From NCBI RefSeq assembly GCF_964204645.1, contig NC_134031.1:11348088-11412087 (forward strand): DNA of 64,000 nt. The letters are read 5' to 3'. Position numbers and translations under genes: made by a program. Each line of letters begins with the position of its first letter. Position 1 is the first letter of the stretch. Positions 1 through 13,011 of this stretch are shown piece by piece. A model generated the notes under the pieces. That model saw only the letters and a program-made list of their open reading frames with translations. It was not told where the DNA came from and made no database searches. This DNA comes from Tubulanus polymorphus. Its lineage: Eukaryota; Animalia; Nemertea.

Positions 1-2286
1 ACAAATCACGTATTTAAGCGTAATCCATTCTCGGAATCGTAGCGAGCAGAATTTTGAAATAGGGTCTCATAAAAATGTTTTCTGCATTTTTCACGAAAGT
101 TAAATCGGGAAAATTTCAATTTTTATCAGCCAATCAGGAAGTTGTGTCTTCCCTGTGATTGGTTTATCTGAAAATATCAGCAGCTGTTCACGTGAATTAT
201 CGCGATTTCATTACTGGCGCTTTTGCGCATGATGTCATGTATCAACACGCGACAATACTTCCGCGTTCGCTACGTGTTCGCTGATTGGCCCATTTACTGG
301 GAAATTCCACAGAAGCCTAATGTGGTTTGTTACAAGCGCTGTGATTGGCCCGACCCGATTCTGGCATGGCTTTAGCTTAGTGGGTTCGAATCCCTTGACG
401 CGTGAAGATGATGGATCCTATCAATATCTATTGAAACAAATAAGTTTCCCGGTTGGGCAGCCGCGGATATCTACCGGAAGTGTTCCGGTTCGATATTTCG
501 AGGTTTCTTTGAATTTTGGAGTGATATTGAAATCCGGTAAATACCAGCGGTAGATTGTGAAAACCCATTGCATGATATTTGTATTACTTAATCCACGAAA
601 AGCGTCGGGGCCGCGCCAGGAGTTTTCGTGATTCAAGTAGCGCAATAGCCTACTTCTTCGTGTTCGTCCACCTCAATTTTCATTCCGCCGATCTCTGACA
701 CGGCTCTGTCCCCGTCGGCGCTGTGATTGCACTTTCGTACCACCAAAATTTTTTATTTCTATATCAGGGAGGTCTGGAGAATAAAAAAGTCAAAATTTGG
801 ATATCACATAGGCCTGATTTCATCGAATAAGTCGACCATGGTCGTTACGTTTCCGTACTTATTACCACCTAAAACCGTCTGAACAATTTTGTCACAACCA
901 ACATTTCGTTTACAGAAATCAGGTGTTCACGTGAACCCGCGGTATCGTCTACTGTTTTACTTCCGGGTTTTATTTTAAGATTTAAAATTGTATTTCAAGA
1001 TCGATTTCTATGAAATCTTTTGTTGATTTGGTGTTTGGGAGGAATTATTATTTGCTCTACAGAAAATTCATCCTTGACAATTGCGCAAGGTTTGCGAAAA
1101 AAATGGTTTTACCAAATCGGGTGTATGACCTTGATATGCTAATTAACCATGTGCCCATATTGCAAATTCAATCAAATTTTATTCTGCCAAAAAAATGTTA
1201 AATACAATTCGCTTTCCGAGAGTTAATGGTATGCTGCATGGAACAAAGTTGTTTTGAGATGGGTCTTGAAGCTATTGAGGTCGAGAGATAACCATCTAGA
1301 TAGTTCGTGAGAGTTCCAAAGTTTTGAAGAGGCTTCAAGGTAATGTCTTGATATTTGGTTTATACGTGTATCTACCCTAGACACATCTTCAGGCCAAAAA
1401 CTGGCCCTGTCAGATTCAAGATGGCCGACTGGCAGCCATTGTTGTTCGCCAAAATCAACACTTTTTACACATTTTTGAAGTTTTCGAGGGAAATTTTGAA
1501 GACACTTTTATCAATAACCTTGATAATTTGTATATATTTGTTTCCCCCGTGGGCCCATCGGCATGAGAAAAATTGGGTCGATCGGACTCAAGATGGCTGT
1601 ACTGTGACCTTTTTTGTTCCCAAAAATGTCAATTTTGGCCTGAATTCTGAGTACTGTAGCTTTCTAATGGTGTGCCATGTTTCATTGCAATTTGTAATGG
1701 GTATTCTTTGGAAAGGGATCTTTTATATCCGAGAGGGTATTTTTGACCAGGCAATTACGACGCACTTGGCGGCCATCTTGGAGTCATCAGTACTCATTCG
1801 TAGGTGGAAAAAAGTTTTTCCACATCATAATTGATACTTAAGCATATTTTGCTACTATAATCAATTTGAAAGTTGTAGCTCATGACGTTCTATGATCGAG
1901 GTGAGTTTCAAGCTCATTGGTTTTTGTTTATGGCCACCAGGGGGCGTTGAACAATACAATAACTTAGTATTTCTATATTACATTCGTACCTACGCATATT
2001 TTGCTACCACAATCAATTGGAAAGTTGTAGCTCATGACATGGTCTATGATCTTGGTGAGTTTCAAGCTCATTGGTTTTTGTATATGGCCACCAGGGGGCG
2101 TTGAACAATACAATAACTTTGTATTTCTATATTACATTCGTTCCTGCTGTCTGTGTTAACACACGATTTTACTATGTAAATGATATCGAGCAGGGAGTGT
2201 ATATTGATAAATATAACCAACAGATTACATCATTTATAAAAAGCAAATCTGACAGGCTGGCCATTGTGCCCCTTGGGGCTCTTGTT
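1..2286 (+). mobile_element. 3' part of a non-autonomous Helentron (HINE family 2) containing a HINE family 1 body fragment (~1310-2140)
   Basis: Ends GGCTGGCC-attgt-GCCCC tt GGGGC-tcttgtt (subterminal inverted repeat, hairpin, TT). 912-1210 and 2140-2286 align by eye with 27945-28240 and 28400-28555. The 5' end is outside the window. Confidence 0.7.
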
Positions 2287-4561
2287 ATTATTTTTTTCCA
2301 CACTTTTTTTGTCAAAAGTACATAGGCTTTTTTACTTTACCGGTGTTGTCGATACAATCCGTCTGATATCATTCAGCTCACTTCGATCTACAATTACTCC
2401 GCGCGAATTTTGAAGAATCAATGTTACAAAAGCACTGTCGGGCCATAAACATCGAAAATTGAGCCCCATTCAAAGAGCTGACATGTTTTTTGAAGTCGTC
2501 TTTCCGAATTCTACCGCACGTTTCTTGTCACGTCGATTATTAATTCAAGCATAAATTAACAAATTTATTACCCAAAGATTGCACATTCTGTCGCGGTTTT
2601 TAAAAACTAATTTTAACAATTACCCATTTTCCTTATCAAATCACATAACCGATATACAGGAAATTTACTACTTTAGATTTTAAAAGCACTGTCGAGCCGT
2701 AAACATCGACGCCCTATCTGCGATTAACCGTTTGGGCTCTACGGGCTCGAAAATGGGACCCCAAATTTTTCAAAGAGATTTTTGCTCCTAGCTCCTTAAC
2801 CGGTGGAGATAGAATCGTGGTTGCCATGAGTGATCAGTAGCCCTTGCAAAGATGCTTGTATTGATGTATGGTATAACTATGTAGCTCATATGGTTCGCCA
2901 GTAGCGCCACCTATAAGACGCTGGAATATGCATTATAATCTATATCGACTAAGGGTATCAATGGATTTCTGTAAAAATTGATACACATGTATCTGGTTCT
3001 AAACGAAACGAACCCCTCATATGTTTAGTTCCCATTTTAACCACTAGGGGGCGTAAATTTTGAAAAATCGATTTCGGCATCCATTTTTCGCATTTAATGC
3101 GGTCTGTTTATTGTGAAAATCACAAAACTTGGTATAAGTACATAGACATGTGTGCAATATGCCATCCTGCATGATTAGTTCATACAACTTCCACCAGGGG
3201 ACTGAAAACAATGATTTTTGCTCCTAGGTCCTTGACCGTTGGCGATAGAATCGAGGTTGCAATGTGTGATTAGCAGCCCTTTTCAAGATACTTGAAGTGA
3301 TGTACGGTTTAAGTAGGTAATTTATATGGTTCTTCAGGAGCGCCACCTACATTGTGCTGGAAATACATTTTTATTCATATCTACTAAGTGGATAATGGGA
3401 TTTCCATGAAAATTGATACACGTATACCTGGATATGAGATACAACGAACCCCTCACATAATTAGTTCCAATTCTAACCACTAGGGGGCGTACATTTTGAA
3501 AACTCATTCTAGCATCAGTTTTTAGCCCACTTGGGACTTTAGTCCCAGCTGGCTATTGCGTTCACTTTTCGTCCGTCGTCCGTCCGTCCGTCCGTAGACG
3601 GAATCCAGTTATTTTGGGAAGTTTTGAAGACGCTTCAAGGTAACGTCTTGATATTTGGTATATACATGTATCTACCCTAGACACATCTTCAGCCCAAAAA
3701 CTGGCCCTATCAGAATCAAGATGGCCAACTGGCAGCCATTGTTGTTTGCCAAAATCAGCACTTTTTACACATTTTCGAAGTTTACGAGGGAAATTTTGAA
3801 GACAATTTGATTAATTACCTTGATCTTTCGAATATATTTGAATCTACCAAGGGCCCATCAGCATAAGAAAAATTGGGTCCATCTGACTCAAGATGGCCGT
3901 CCTATGACCTTTTTAGTGCCAAAAAATGTCAATTTTGGCCAGAATTCTAGGTCCTGTAGCTTCCTACTGGTTTGCCATTTCTCATTGCAATTTGTGATGG
4001 GTATTCTTTGTAAAGGGATGTTTTATACCTGAGATAGGTATTTTTGATCCGCCAATTATGACGCAATTGGCGGCCATCTTGGTGTCATTAGTACTCATTC
4101 GTAGGTGGGAAAAAGTTTTTCGACATTATATTGTTACCTAAGCATATTTTGTTACAACAATGAATTAGAAAGTTGTAGCGTATAACGTGTTCTATGATTG
4201 GGGTGAGTTTCAAGTTCATTGTTTTTTGTATATGGCCACCAGGGGGCGTTGAATAATACAATATCTAAGTATTTCTATATTATATTTGTACCAATACATA
4301 TTTTGTTACCGCAATCAATTGAAAAGTTGTAGCTCATGACATCATCTATGATTGTGGTAAGTTTTAAGGAAATTAGTTATTCTATATGGTCACCAGGGGG
4401 CGTTGAATAGTAGAATAACCTGGTATTTCCTAATTATATTGGTACCTAGGCATATTTTGTTACCATGATCAATAACAAAGTTGTAGTTCATGACATGTTC
4501 TATGAATATGGTGAGTTACAAGGTTATTGGGTTTTGAATATGGTCACCAGGGGGCGTTGAA

Positions 4562-5413
4562 ATATCCGGAATTCCGGAAATTTAGGATCGCCGATGTCAA
4601 TTCCGGAAATTTGGTGAGAATTCCTCGCGGCGACCAGTAATGGCACGGACCGTAAAAGCGTTCGTTTGCTTGTACTCGTCGTCGCTTCTGTGTTATTTTA
4701 TCTTGGTCTCCGTTTCCGAGGATGTTCTGCTACAATGTATATATGTGTGCTTGTGGTGGTATCTGTGCGTGCGTAGGTGGAGCAACACTGTTGTGACGCC
4801 ATTTACAATTATCTTTACGCGCCGTTGTACATCGTCCCGCTGATGGCCAACAATGTGAAGATGCACGTGGTAATAATTAAGATGATATTTAATAAATATC
4901 ATCTTAATTATAACCATGCGCGTGCTATGTCCTGAGGCACGCAGCTTTGTAACTTTCTTTTTGCCTGCAGCTGTCAAGCGGGACGGTCTGCAAAATGAGC
5001 ACGCACGGAAAGATTGTCAGTCGGGAGTCGGACGATTTAAAGGCAATTGACAGCGGTATAAAAAATAAATTTAACTGGCACTGGCTAGAGTGTAAGGACA
5101 GTAACGGGGACTACTTATCGAACTACATTCGTAAGTTAGACTTAGCTGGCGTGGCGTACTGCGTCGTTTGTAAAGACCAGGTCAAATACGGTAGTGGCGG
5201 AAAAAAAGATATTTTTTTTGCGCACGGCATAATAAGGCAGCGAGGGATGTGAAGCACAACGAATGCCTGCCGTCGTATTTTCAGATGAAAGATGCCGATC
5301 GTGATACTGCATCTCCGGCGATGCAAAAACGCAAAATTTTTCCTGGGGGAGAATTTTTCAGACCCCCCCGTTCTAAATTCCGGAATTTTGGTACTTTGGC
5401 CCTAGCATCTCTG
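4562..5413 (+). mobile_element. Internally deleted hAT-like element with transposase N-terminal zinc-finger remnant (4995-5252)
   Basis: Interrupts the 154-bp satellite. Right end CTAGCATCTCTG resembles the CAGGGATG TIR at 37000. ORF IDSGIKNKFNWHWLE...IRK...AG.A.CxxC...YG..GK aligns with exon 1 at 37360-37637. Left TIR missing. Confidence 0.7.
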
Positions 5414-5521
5414 GTATTTCCATATTAAATTAGTAACGAGGCATTTTTTGTTATCACAATCAATTACAAAATCGTAGCTGCTGACATGTTTTATGGTTGT
5501 ATTGAGTTTCAAGGTCATTGG

Positions 5522-6709
5522 TTTTTGATGGGTTTCGTCGTCAGACGAACCCATCTATGGCATCGTCGTCATGTCTGTTTGTCTGTCCGTCTGTGGATGT
5601 TTCTTTATGACACGATTTAAGCTGTTTGTGTGGACCGACAATTCTGTAATTTCACACAGGTATTCTCTACTTGATGTAGATGGTGCAGCTTGGTTTATAT
5701 TTGATTCCGATGGTTATAAGTGCTCTAATTTGGTTAAAAGATAATAAACGTTACTCGCTAGTTCAAGCTGCTGTATAGCGCGTTGCTACGACGACGCTCG
5801 ATCAACATACTGGTACTCGTTGTGTAATACTGAACACGTATATACCTGTAGATATTGATCGTACTAGCACCGGTTTTAGATCGGTCTTAACACTTCTCGG
5901 AACTGCTGTGCTAAATGCTGAGAGGCCGAATCTATGCGCAATAACTTATTGGGCTCGTCACATTTGATAGTGAATGGATAAATAACCGGTGTCAATGACG
6001 GTCGCTACTCCCCATCAGTATAACTCATCAGTATAAGAAATAATTCTTTCGAGTTTTTTTTTCAATCCCCGAAGTTGTTGTTACTATGTTGACCTCGCCG
6101 TTTTATAAGCTTACCGATGATTCTTCTAGTATTTTCAGGGTCACAAGACATGACGAAGTCGCAAAGTTTTGTACAAATTTCACGAAACAAACAATTATTT
6201 AGGCGGCACCTGATCTATTGATTAATTATGATAAATAATGTTTATTTCATTAAAAATTTGTTTTATTCAAACACTACTTTCATCGCACATAGCGTGATCG
6301 GTAGGCCCTACTATTCTACGGTAGGCCATGGACTCTTTCATGTGGTGTCCGTGAATAAGTGACACGTGGTGGGGCGGGTTGTGAGGAGCATCGAAACTAA
6401 TCCGTCACAAATAATAGATAGAAAACAACACCTTAAGAGGCTAACTTTTATTAACATCATTACCAAATCAAAACCTGCACATCCTATCATAAATAGAAAT
6501 TCTAAGAATTTATTTCAAAGAATAATAAATTACGTCTAAATATTGGGATTCGAACTCGTAGCATCGATTCAGGTGCCTTTCCCAAAGTGGTATCCCGCGG
6601 GGAAAACCCATTACTATTTATATCGAGAATCGCCTTTTTGACAGCGAGTTCGGTGAATGAAACAGAAACAATTACACAGAAACCCATCATGGAAAGTTTC
6701 TTTCTGGTT
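5522..6709 (+). mobile_element. HINE family 3 nested in the family 1 satellite
   Basis: 5' TTTTT-GATGGGTTTC hairpin plus (GTCT)n; 3' GAAACCCATC, GAAAG-ttt-CTTTC, tggTT. Host satellite resumes across it (ggtcattggttttt|gtatatggtcacc). The same 3' end recurs at ~34697-34727. Confidence 0.8.
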
Positions 6710-9700
6710 GTATATGGTCACCAGAGGGCGTTGAATATTGAAATTGTTAGATTGTTGAGCATTTGAACCACTTCCCAAGTGGGCATGGTGTCCCTGGACC
6801 CCTAGTTTCGATTGTAATTCAGTAGTATGCTAACCGGCAAATTACCGGCCACATGGGCATGTTAAAGTACCGTATCTTCGTTATTCTCGCTGTCTTTTCC
6901 CCTAACCTTGGTACATTAGAACTTTTCGCGTAGTATCCCATGTGAATCAACGTAGCCATGTTATCAGCTGACCCCTAGGTGGCGCTCCTTATCCAGCAAG
7001 GCAGAAACCCGTTATCGCTGCTTTGCAGCTATATTTATTATTATATTCTTTTTCACACTGGATCTTACTGAAAGGATATAAACAACTGCAACTTACTTTT
7101 ACTGTCGGCGAAACCATTCGGTATCACAAGTACTATGCTGCATTGACAAATACTGTGTATAATATTAATTAGAACTCAACTGTTTACTCACTGTGAGCCT
7201 CTAAACATCGAAATTTAAGCCCGATTCAAACAGTATCCATCTACGTATGTGTATTGCCTACGTGTCATTCCCACAGCGCGTCAGTACGTGTGTTTGTGTC
7301 AGTGTCCCTATAAGCAGTGATAGAGCTGGTGTACTAGATCTGTAGTTTTTTAGTATTTTTATATATATGTGGCGCACTGAATAGGGTCAGTCTCGAGTGA
7401 ACGCAACTGAGGAATTTTTGTGCCGCATATACAAGCAATAGCATCCTTGCAGTAACTTGCCTGGATAGAGCTAATGAATGCAGCTATCTATACGCGAGAG
7501 CCTGGATGGCTATATTCTGTTAGCATTACAATATTCCTTGACGGATTTACTTGGAACTTTCGTGAGATGTACGGAACACAGGTACCTTTAGGTAAGTCGA
7601 AGGGATCTTTGATTGGGGACACCGTTCACCCACCAGGGGGCGCCAAGTCAATGGCACGCCCTATCTGCGATTAACTGTTTGGGCTCGAAAATGGGACCCC
7701 AAATTTTTCAAAGAGATTTTTGCTCCTAGCTCCTTAACCGGTGGAGATAGAATTGTTGTTGCAACGAGTGATCAGTAGCCCTTGACAAGACGCTTGTATT
7801 GATGTATGGTATAACTATGTAAATCATATGGTTCTCCAGTAGCGCCACCTATAAGACGCTGGAAAACACATTTTCATCTATATCGACTAAGGGTATCATT
7901 GGATTTCTATAAAAATTGATACACATGTACCTGGTTACTAATTGCAACGAATCCCTCACATGATTAGTTCCTATTTTAACCACTAGGGGGCGTAAATTTG
8001 AAAAATTGATTTCAGCATCGATTTTCGAGCTCGATGTAATGCGGTCTGTTTATTATGAAAATCACAAAACTTGGTATAAGTACAAAGACATGTGTGTAAT
8101 ATGCCAACCTGCATGATTAGTTCATACAATTGCCACCAGGAGACTGTGAAAACAACGATTTTTGCTCCTAGGTCCTTAACCGTTGGTGATAGAATCGAGG
8201 TTGCAATGTGTGGTTAGTACCCCTTTACAAGACACTTGTATTGGTGTAAGGTTTAAGTAGGTAACTCATATGGTGCTCCAGTAGCGCTACCTACAAATTG
8301 TTGGAAATGCATTTTCATTGATATCTACTTATCGGATGGAGGGATTTCTATTAAAATTGATACACATGTTCTTTGTTACGAGGGAATGGTAGAACACTGT
8401 ATCACCTATTTTCTTGAAGTTATTTTCCCTAAACTTGGTACATCATTACTTTGCACTTAAGAGCCATGGGTCAACATATCCATGATATGGGCTGACCCAT
8501 GATACAGGCTGACCTCTAGGTGGCGCTTCTTCTCAGATAGTGGTACGTAATGAACTGATTTCAGTGAAATCTTTTGCAACCTTCCTAGTACGGTATTTAA
8601 CCCGGCAAGGCAGAAACCCGTTATCGCTGCTTTGCAGCTATATTTGTTATTATTATAATATTCTTTTTCACACTGGATCTTACTGAAAGGATATAAACAA
8701 CTGCAACTTACTTTCACTGTAGGTGAAACCATTCTGTATCACAAGTACTACGCTGCATTGACAAATACTGTACGTAATATTAATCAGAATTGTACTGTTT
8801 ACTCACTGTGAGCCTCTACACATCGAAATTTAAGCCCGTTTCAAACAGTATCCATCTACGTATGTATATTGCCTACGTGTCATTCCCACAGCGCCTCCTA
8901 AATACGTGTGTTTGTGTGTGTGTCCTTATATCGATAGAGCTGTTCTAGATCTGTAGTAAACACGTAAGCAGTAGTGATATTTTTATCTCTTCTTTCTAAG
9001 AATCGATTGTTGAATTAGGATATTGCTCGACTGAATGCAACTGAGGAATTTTTATGGCCTAGTTTGTGCCGTATGTTAAAGAGCATCATATATTGTTTCG
9101 AATTCGGCAACACTGGTTAGAGAAACATATATTGGCTTTAATACTGCGAATTCGGTAAGTAACAATAATATTGCTCAACGGATTTACTTGAAACTTACGT
9201 GAGATGTACGGAACTCAGATACCTTGAGGTAAGTCTCAGGGATCTTTGATGGGAGCCCCCGTTCATCCACCAGGGGGTGTTTTACTTTTAAAAATTCTGA
9301 CATTGAAAAGTTACTATGTGAGAAAATTTTTTGTCTTTGACTTTTCAGTTTCGGGCGAGCACGAAAGTTGTTCATGACAGCCCGAAGGTTAAAAAAGTCA
9401 ATGGCACGCCCTATCTGCGATTAACCGTTTGGGCTCTACGGGCTCGAAAATGGGACCCCAAATTTTTCAATGGGATTTTTGCTCCTAGCTCCTTAACCGT
9501 TGGAGATAGAATCGTGGTTGCAATGAGTGATCAGTAGCCCTTGACAAGATGCTTGTATTGATGTATGGTTAAACTATGTAACTCATATGGTTCTCCAGTA
9601 GCGCCACCTATAAGACGCTAGAAAACGCATTTTCATCTATATCGACTAAGGGTATCAATGGATTTCTATAAAAATTCATTTACATGTACCTGGTTACTAA

Positions 9701-11387
9701 ATGCAACCCCTCACATGATAAGTTCCTATTTTAACCACTAGGGGGCGTAAATCTTGAAAACTCATTTCAGCATCCATTTTTCGCATGTAATGCGGTGTTA
9801 TTATTATGAAAATCACAAAACTTTGTATAAGTACATAGAAATGTGTGTAATATGCCAACCTGCATGATTAGTTCATACAACTGCCACCAGGGGACTGTGA
9901 AAACAGCGATTTCTGCTCCTAAGTTCTTAACCGTTGCCAATAGAATCGATGTTTGAATGTGTGGTTAGTAGCCCTTTACAAGACACTTGTATTGATGTAT
10001 GGTTTAAGTAGGTAACTCATATGGTTCTCTAGGAGCGCCACCTACAAGTTGCTGGAAATGCATTTCAATTGATATCTACTAAGCGGATAAAGATTTTCTA
10101 TGAAAATTGATATACATGTACCTGGATATAAGATACAACGAATTCCTAACATAATTAGTTCCTATTCTAACCACTAGGGGGCGTTAATGTTTAAAACTCA
10201 TTGTAGCATCGGTTTTTTCGATTGTAATTCAGTAGTATAAATTACCGGCCACTTGGGCACGGTAAAAGTACCGTATATTTGTTATTCTCGGTGTTATTTC
10301 CCCTAACCTTGGTACATTAGAACTTATCGCGTAGTAGTCCATGTGGATCAACATAGCCATGTTATCAGCTGACCCCTAGATGGCGATCCAGCAAGGCAGA
10401 AACCCGTTATCGCTGCTTTGCAGCTATATTTATTATTATTTTTTCCACACTTTTTTGTCAAAAGTACATAGGCTTTTTTACATTACCGCTGTTGCCGATA
10501 CAATCCGTCTGATATCATTCAGTTCACTTTGATCTACAAATCCTCCGTGCAAATTTTGAAGAATCAACGTTACAAAAGCACTGTCGGGCCGTAAACATCA
10601 AAAATTGAGCCCCATTCAAAGAGCCGAGATGTTTTTCTAAGTCGTCTTTCCGTAATCTACCGCACGTTTCTTTTCACGTCGATTATCAATTCAGCAATAA
10701 ATTGAGAAATTTATTACCCAAAGATTGTACATTCTGTCGCGGTTTTTAAAAACTAATTTTAACAAAAGCCCATTTTCCTCATCAAATCATATTACCGATA
10801 TACAGGAAATTTACTACTTTAGATTTTAAAAGCACTGTCAAGCCGTAAACATCGACGAATCGACATGTGTCGCTACATCGTCGTTCCGGGAATCAGCTGC
10901 GAGTTTCTCCTCATCATGAGAATCAAACCGAGTACAAATTAATTTATTACTACCAGTGATTTGGCTGCGGGCTTCAAGCAGTTAGTTTAACAATACCTAT
11001 TTTTCTTTACCAAATTAACTGTGTATTTACTAAGATAATCATTAGTGTACCGCAGAGTCGAAGGCCTAAACTAAACACGCCGAAGAGATATAGCAGAGAA
11101 AGGCTGTTGTGTTGACGAGGTATCAAAATAAAAGAATATAATACTTTATTCGCCTGCGGGCTTCAACCTCTATATCAATATCATCAATACTCTATATTTC
11201 CTACAGTACATACCGATAATTGTCAAATCCACAAGGTATTTACTAAATACAAGAATATAACACACACCTATCCGTATGCTGGACTCACACTTGACATTCT
11301 GGGTAAGCGTTCGCTGTGGGGGAAAGGAGATCGTTCGCTGTGTCGCTTGAAGTGTTTATCGAGTTTTACGCGACCTTAAGGCTTTAG

Positions 11388-13011
11388 TATGGTGGCTGAT
11401 AAGGGCCATGCGAAAAAGAAACACGAATATGCAAATGAGGGCGACATTACGAGAAAACAACAAATCTAAAATAACGCGACAATTCATTATTTTGGTTTTA
11501 TCGCCAGCGACAATTCATTATTTTTGTTTTGTCGCCCGCGACAATTCTTTTTTTTGGTTTTGTTGCCCGCGACAATTCATTATTTTGGTTTTGTCACCCG
11601 CGATAATTCTTTTTTTTGGTTTTGTTGCCCGCGACAATTCATTACTTTGGTTTTGTCGCCCGCGACAATTTATTGTTTGGTTTTATCGCCCGCGACAATT
11701 CATTATTTTGGTTTTATCGCCGGCAACAATTCATTTTTTGTTTGTTTTATCGCCCGCGACAATTCATTATTTTGGTTTTATCACCCGCGACATTTCAATA
11801 TTTTGGTTTTATGGCCAGCGACAATCCATTATTTTGGTTTTATTATTTTGGTTTTATCGCCCGCGACAATTCAATACTTTGGTTTTATCACCTGCGACAA
11901 TCCATTATTTTGGTTTTATTATTTTGGTTTTATCGCCCGCGACAATTCAATACTTTATCGCTTCCGCAGTTCCGTATATATGGGAGCCGTACAAAACCGT
12001 CGCGACCTTTTATCACGACGAAATTATGTCGAACAAACGTGATATATCGCGATTTATCGACATAATTAAGTCGATATATCGTGTAAATATCACTATAAAT
12101 CGTTATACTGTTCACGCCTTTCACCAATGTCGACGTCCGTATCTCAACATAACCACGTACTGTCGACATAATTATTACTCCTTTAGCTAAAATGTCTTGA
12201 TACGTATGGCAATTTATTGAGACAATATCGCAAAAAGTCAACATAAAAATCACGACATTTTAAATAAGGTCTTCCTACTTACATCGATATATTGAGATAG
12301 TTAACCTAATTTCAATAAGGGGACGCATACGTAATGATGTTTAATGTTAGATGAATATGAAAGTGGAAATATAAATGGCAGAAGAATTGAAATGACTTTA
12401 TCATCACCAGAATCTGGTGGACATATTGAATGTTGGGGTTCAAGTAGAATGACTCCAAATGCTGGGGCACAATAATAGTGTTCGGTACATGGTCGATGAA
12501 CTAAATAGGTCATTCGCATCAATACTTTGTCATGATTGATTTGCGGTATGCGACAAAACCAAAATATTGAATTGTCGCGTGCGACAAAACAAAATAATGA
12601 ATTGTCGCGGGCGACAAAACCAAAATATTCGAATTGTCGCGGGCGACAAAACAAAAAAAATGAATTGTCGCGGAACTGGTGGACATATTGAATGTTGGGG
12701 TTCAAGTAGAATGACCCCAAATGTTGGGGCACAATAATAGTGTTCAGTACATGGTCGATGAACTAAATAGGTCATTCGCATCAATACTTTGTCACGATTG
12801 ATTTGCGGCATGCGACAAAACCAAAATATTGAATTGTCGCGGGCAACAAAACCAAAATATTGAATTGTCGTGGTCGACAAAACCAAAATATTGAATTGTC
12901 GCGGGCGACAAAACCTTTGTCGCGTTATTGTAGTTATGTCGTTTTGTTGTAATGTTGCCCTCATTTGCATATTCGTGTTTTTTTTATGCATGGCCCTTAT
13001 ACTCCACCATA
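11388..13011. mobile_element. Non-autonomous IS3EU-type element with foldback arrays of ~30-bp palindromic repeats
   Basis: Termini TATGGTGG...CCACCATA, ~95-bp imperfect TIRs, perfect 6-bp TSD CTTTAG (11382-11387 and 13012-13017). TTGTCGCCCGCGACAA repeats run forward in the left arm and inverted in the right arm. TAY termini with 6-bp TSD are the IS3EU signature. Confidence 0.8.

Larger units (their letters stand above)
3519..6808 (+). mobile_element. HINE family 1 (DINE-1-like) with internal 154-bp satellite and two nested insertions
   Basis: 5' TTTTTA-GCCCACTTGGG, hairpin, (GTCC)n; 3' CCCAAGTGGGC, GTCC-ct-GGAC hairpin, CTAGTT. Empty site at ~10200-10240 (gcatcggttttttcgattgtaattc) shows insertion in a T-run with no TSD. 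Confidence 0.85.

Noticed and set aside
383-394. tRNA genes at GGTTCGAATCC motifs (also ~36940, ~52040)
   Set aside because: Isolated B-box-like motifs with no cloverleaf.
1355-1834. 159-aa ORF and similar ORFs in HINE bodies
   Set aside because: Frame is not preserved in paralogous copies at ~3650-4130 and ~41250-41730; no recognisable domain.
11470-11955. CRISPR-like array of ~30-bp palindromic repeats and three overlapping ORFs
   Set aside because: No unique spacers or cas genes; the array is mirrored in the other arm of a TIR element, and the ORFs are translations of stop-free repeats.
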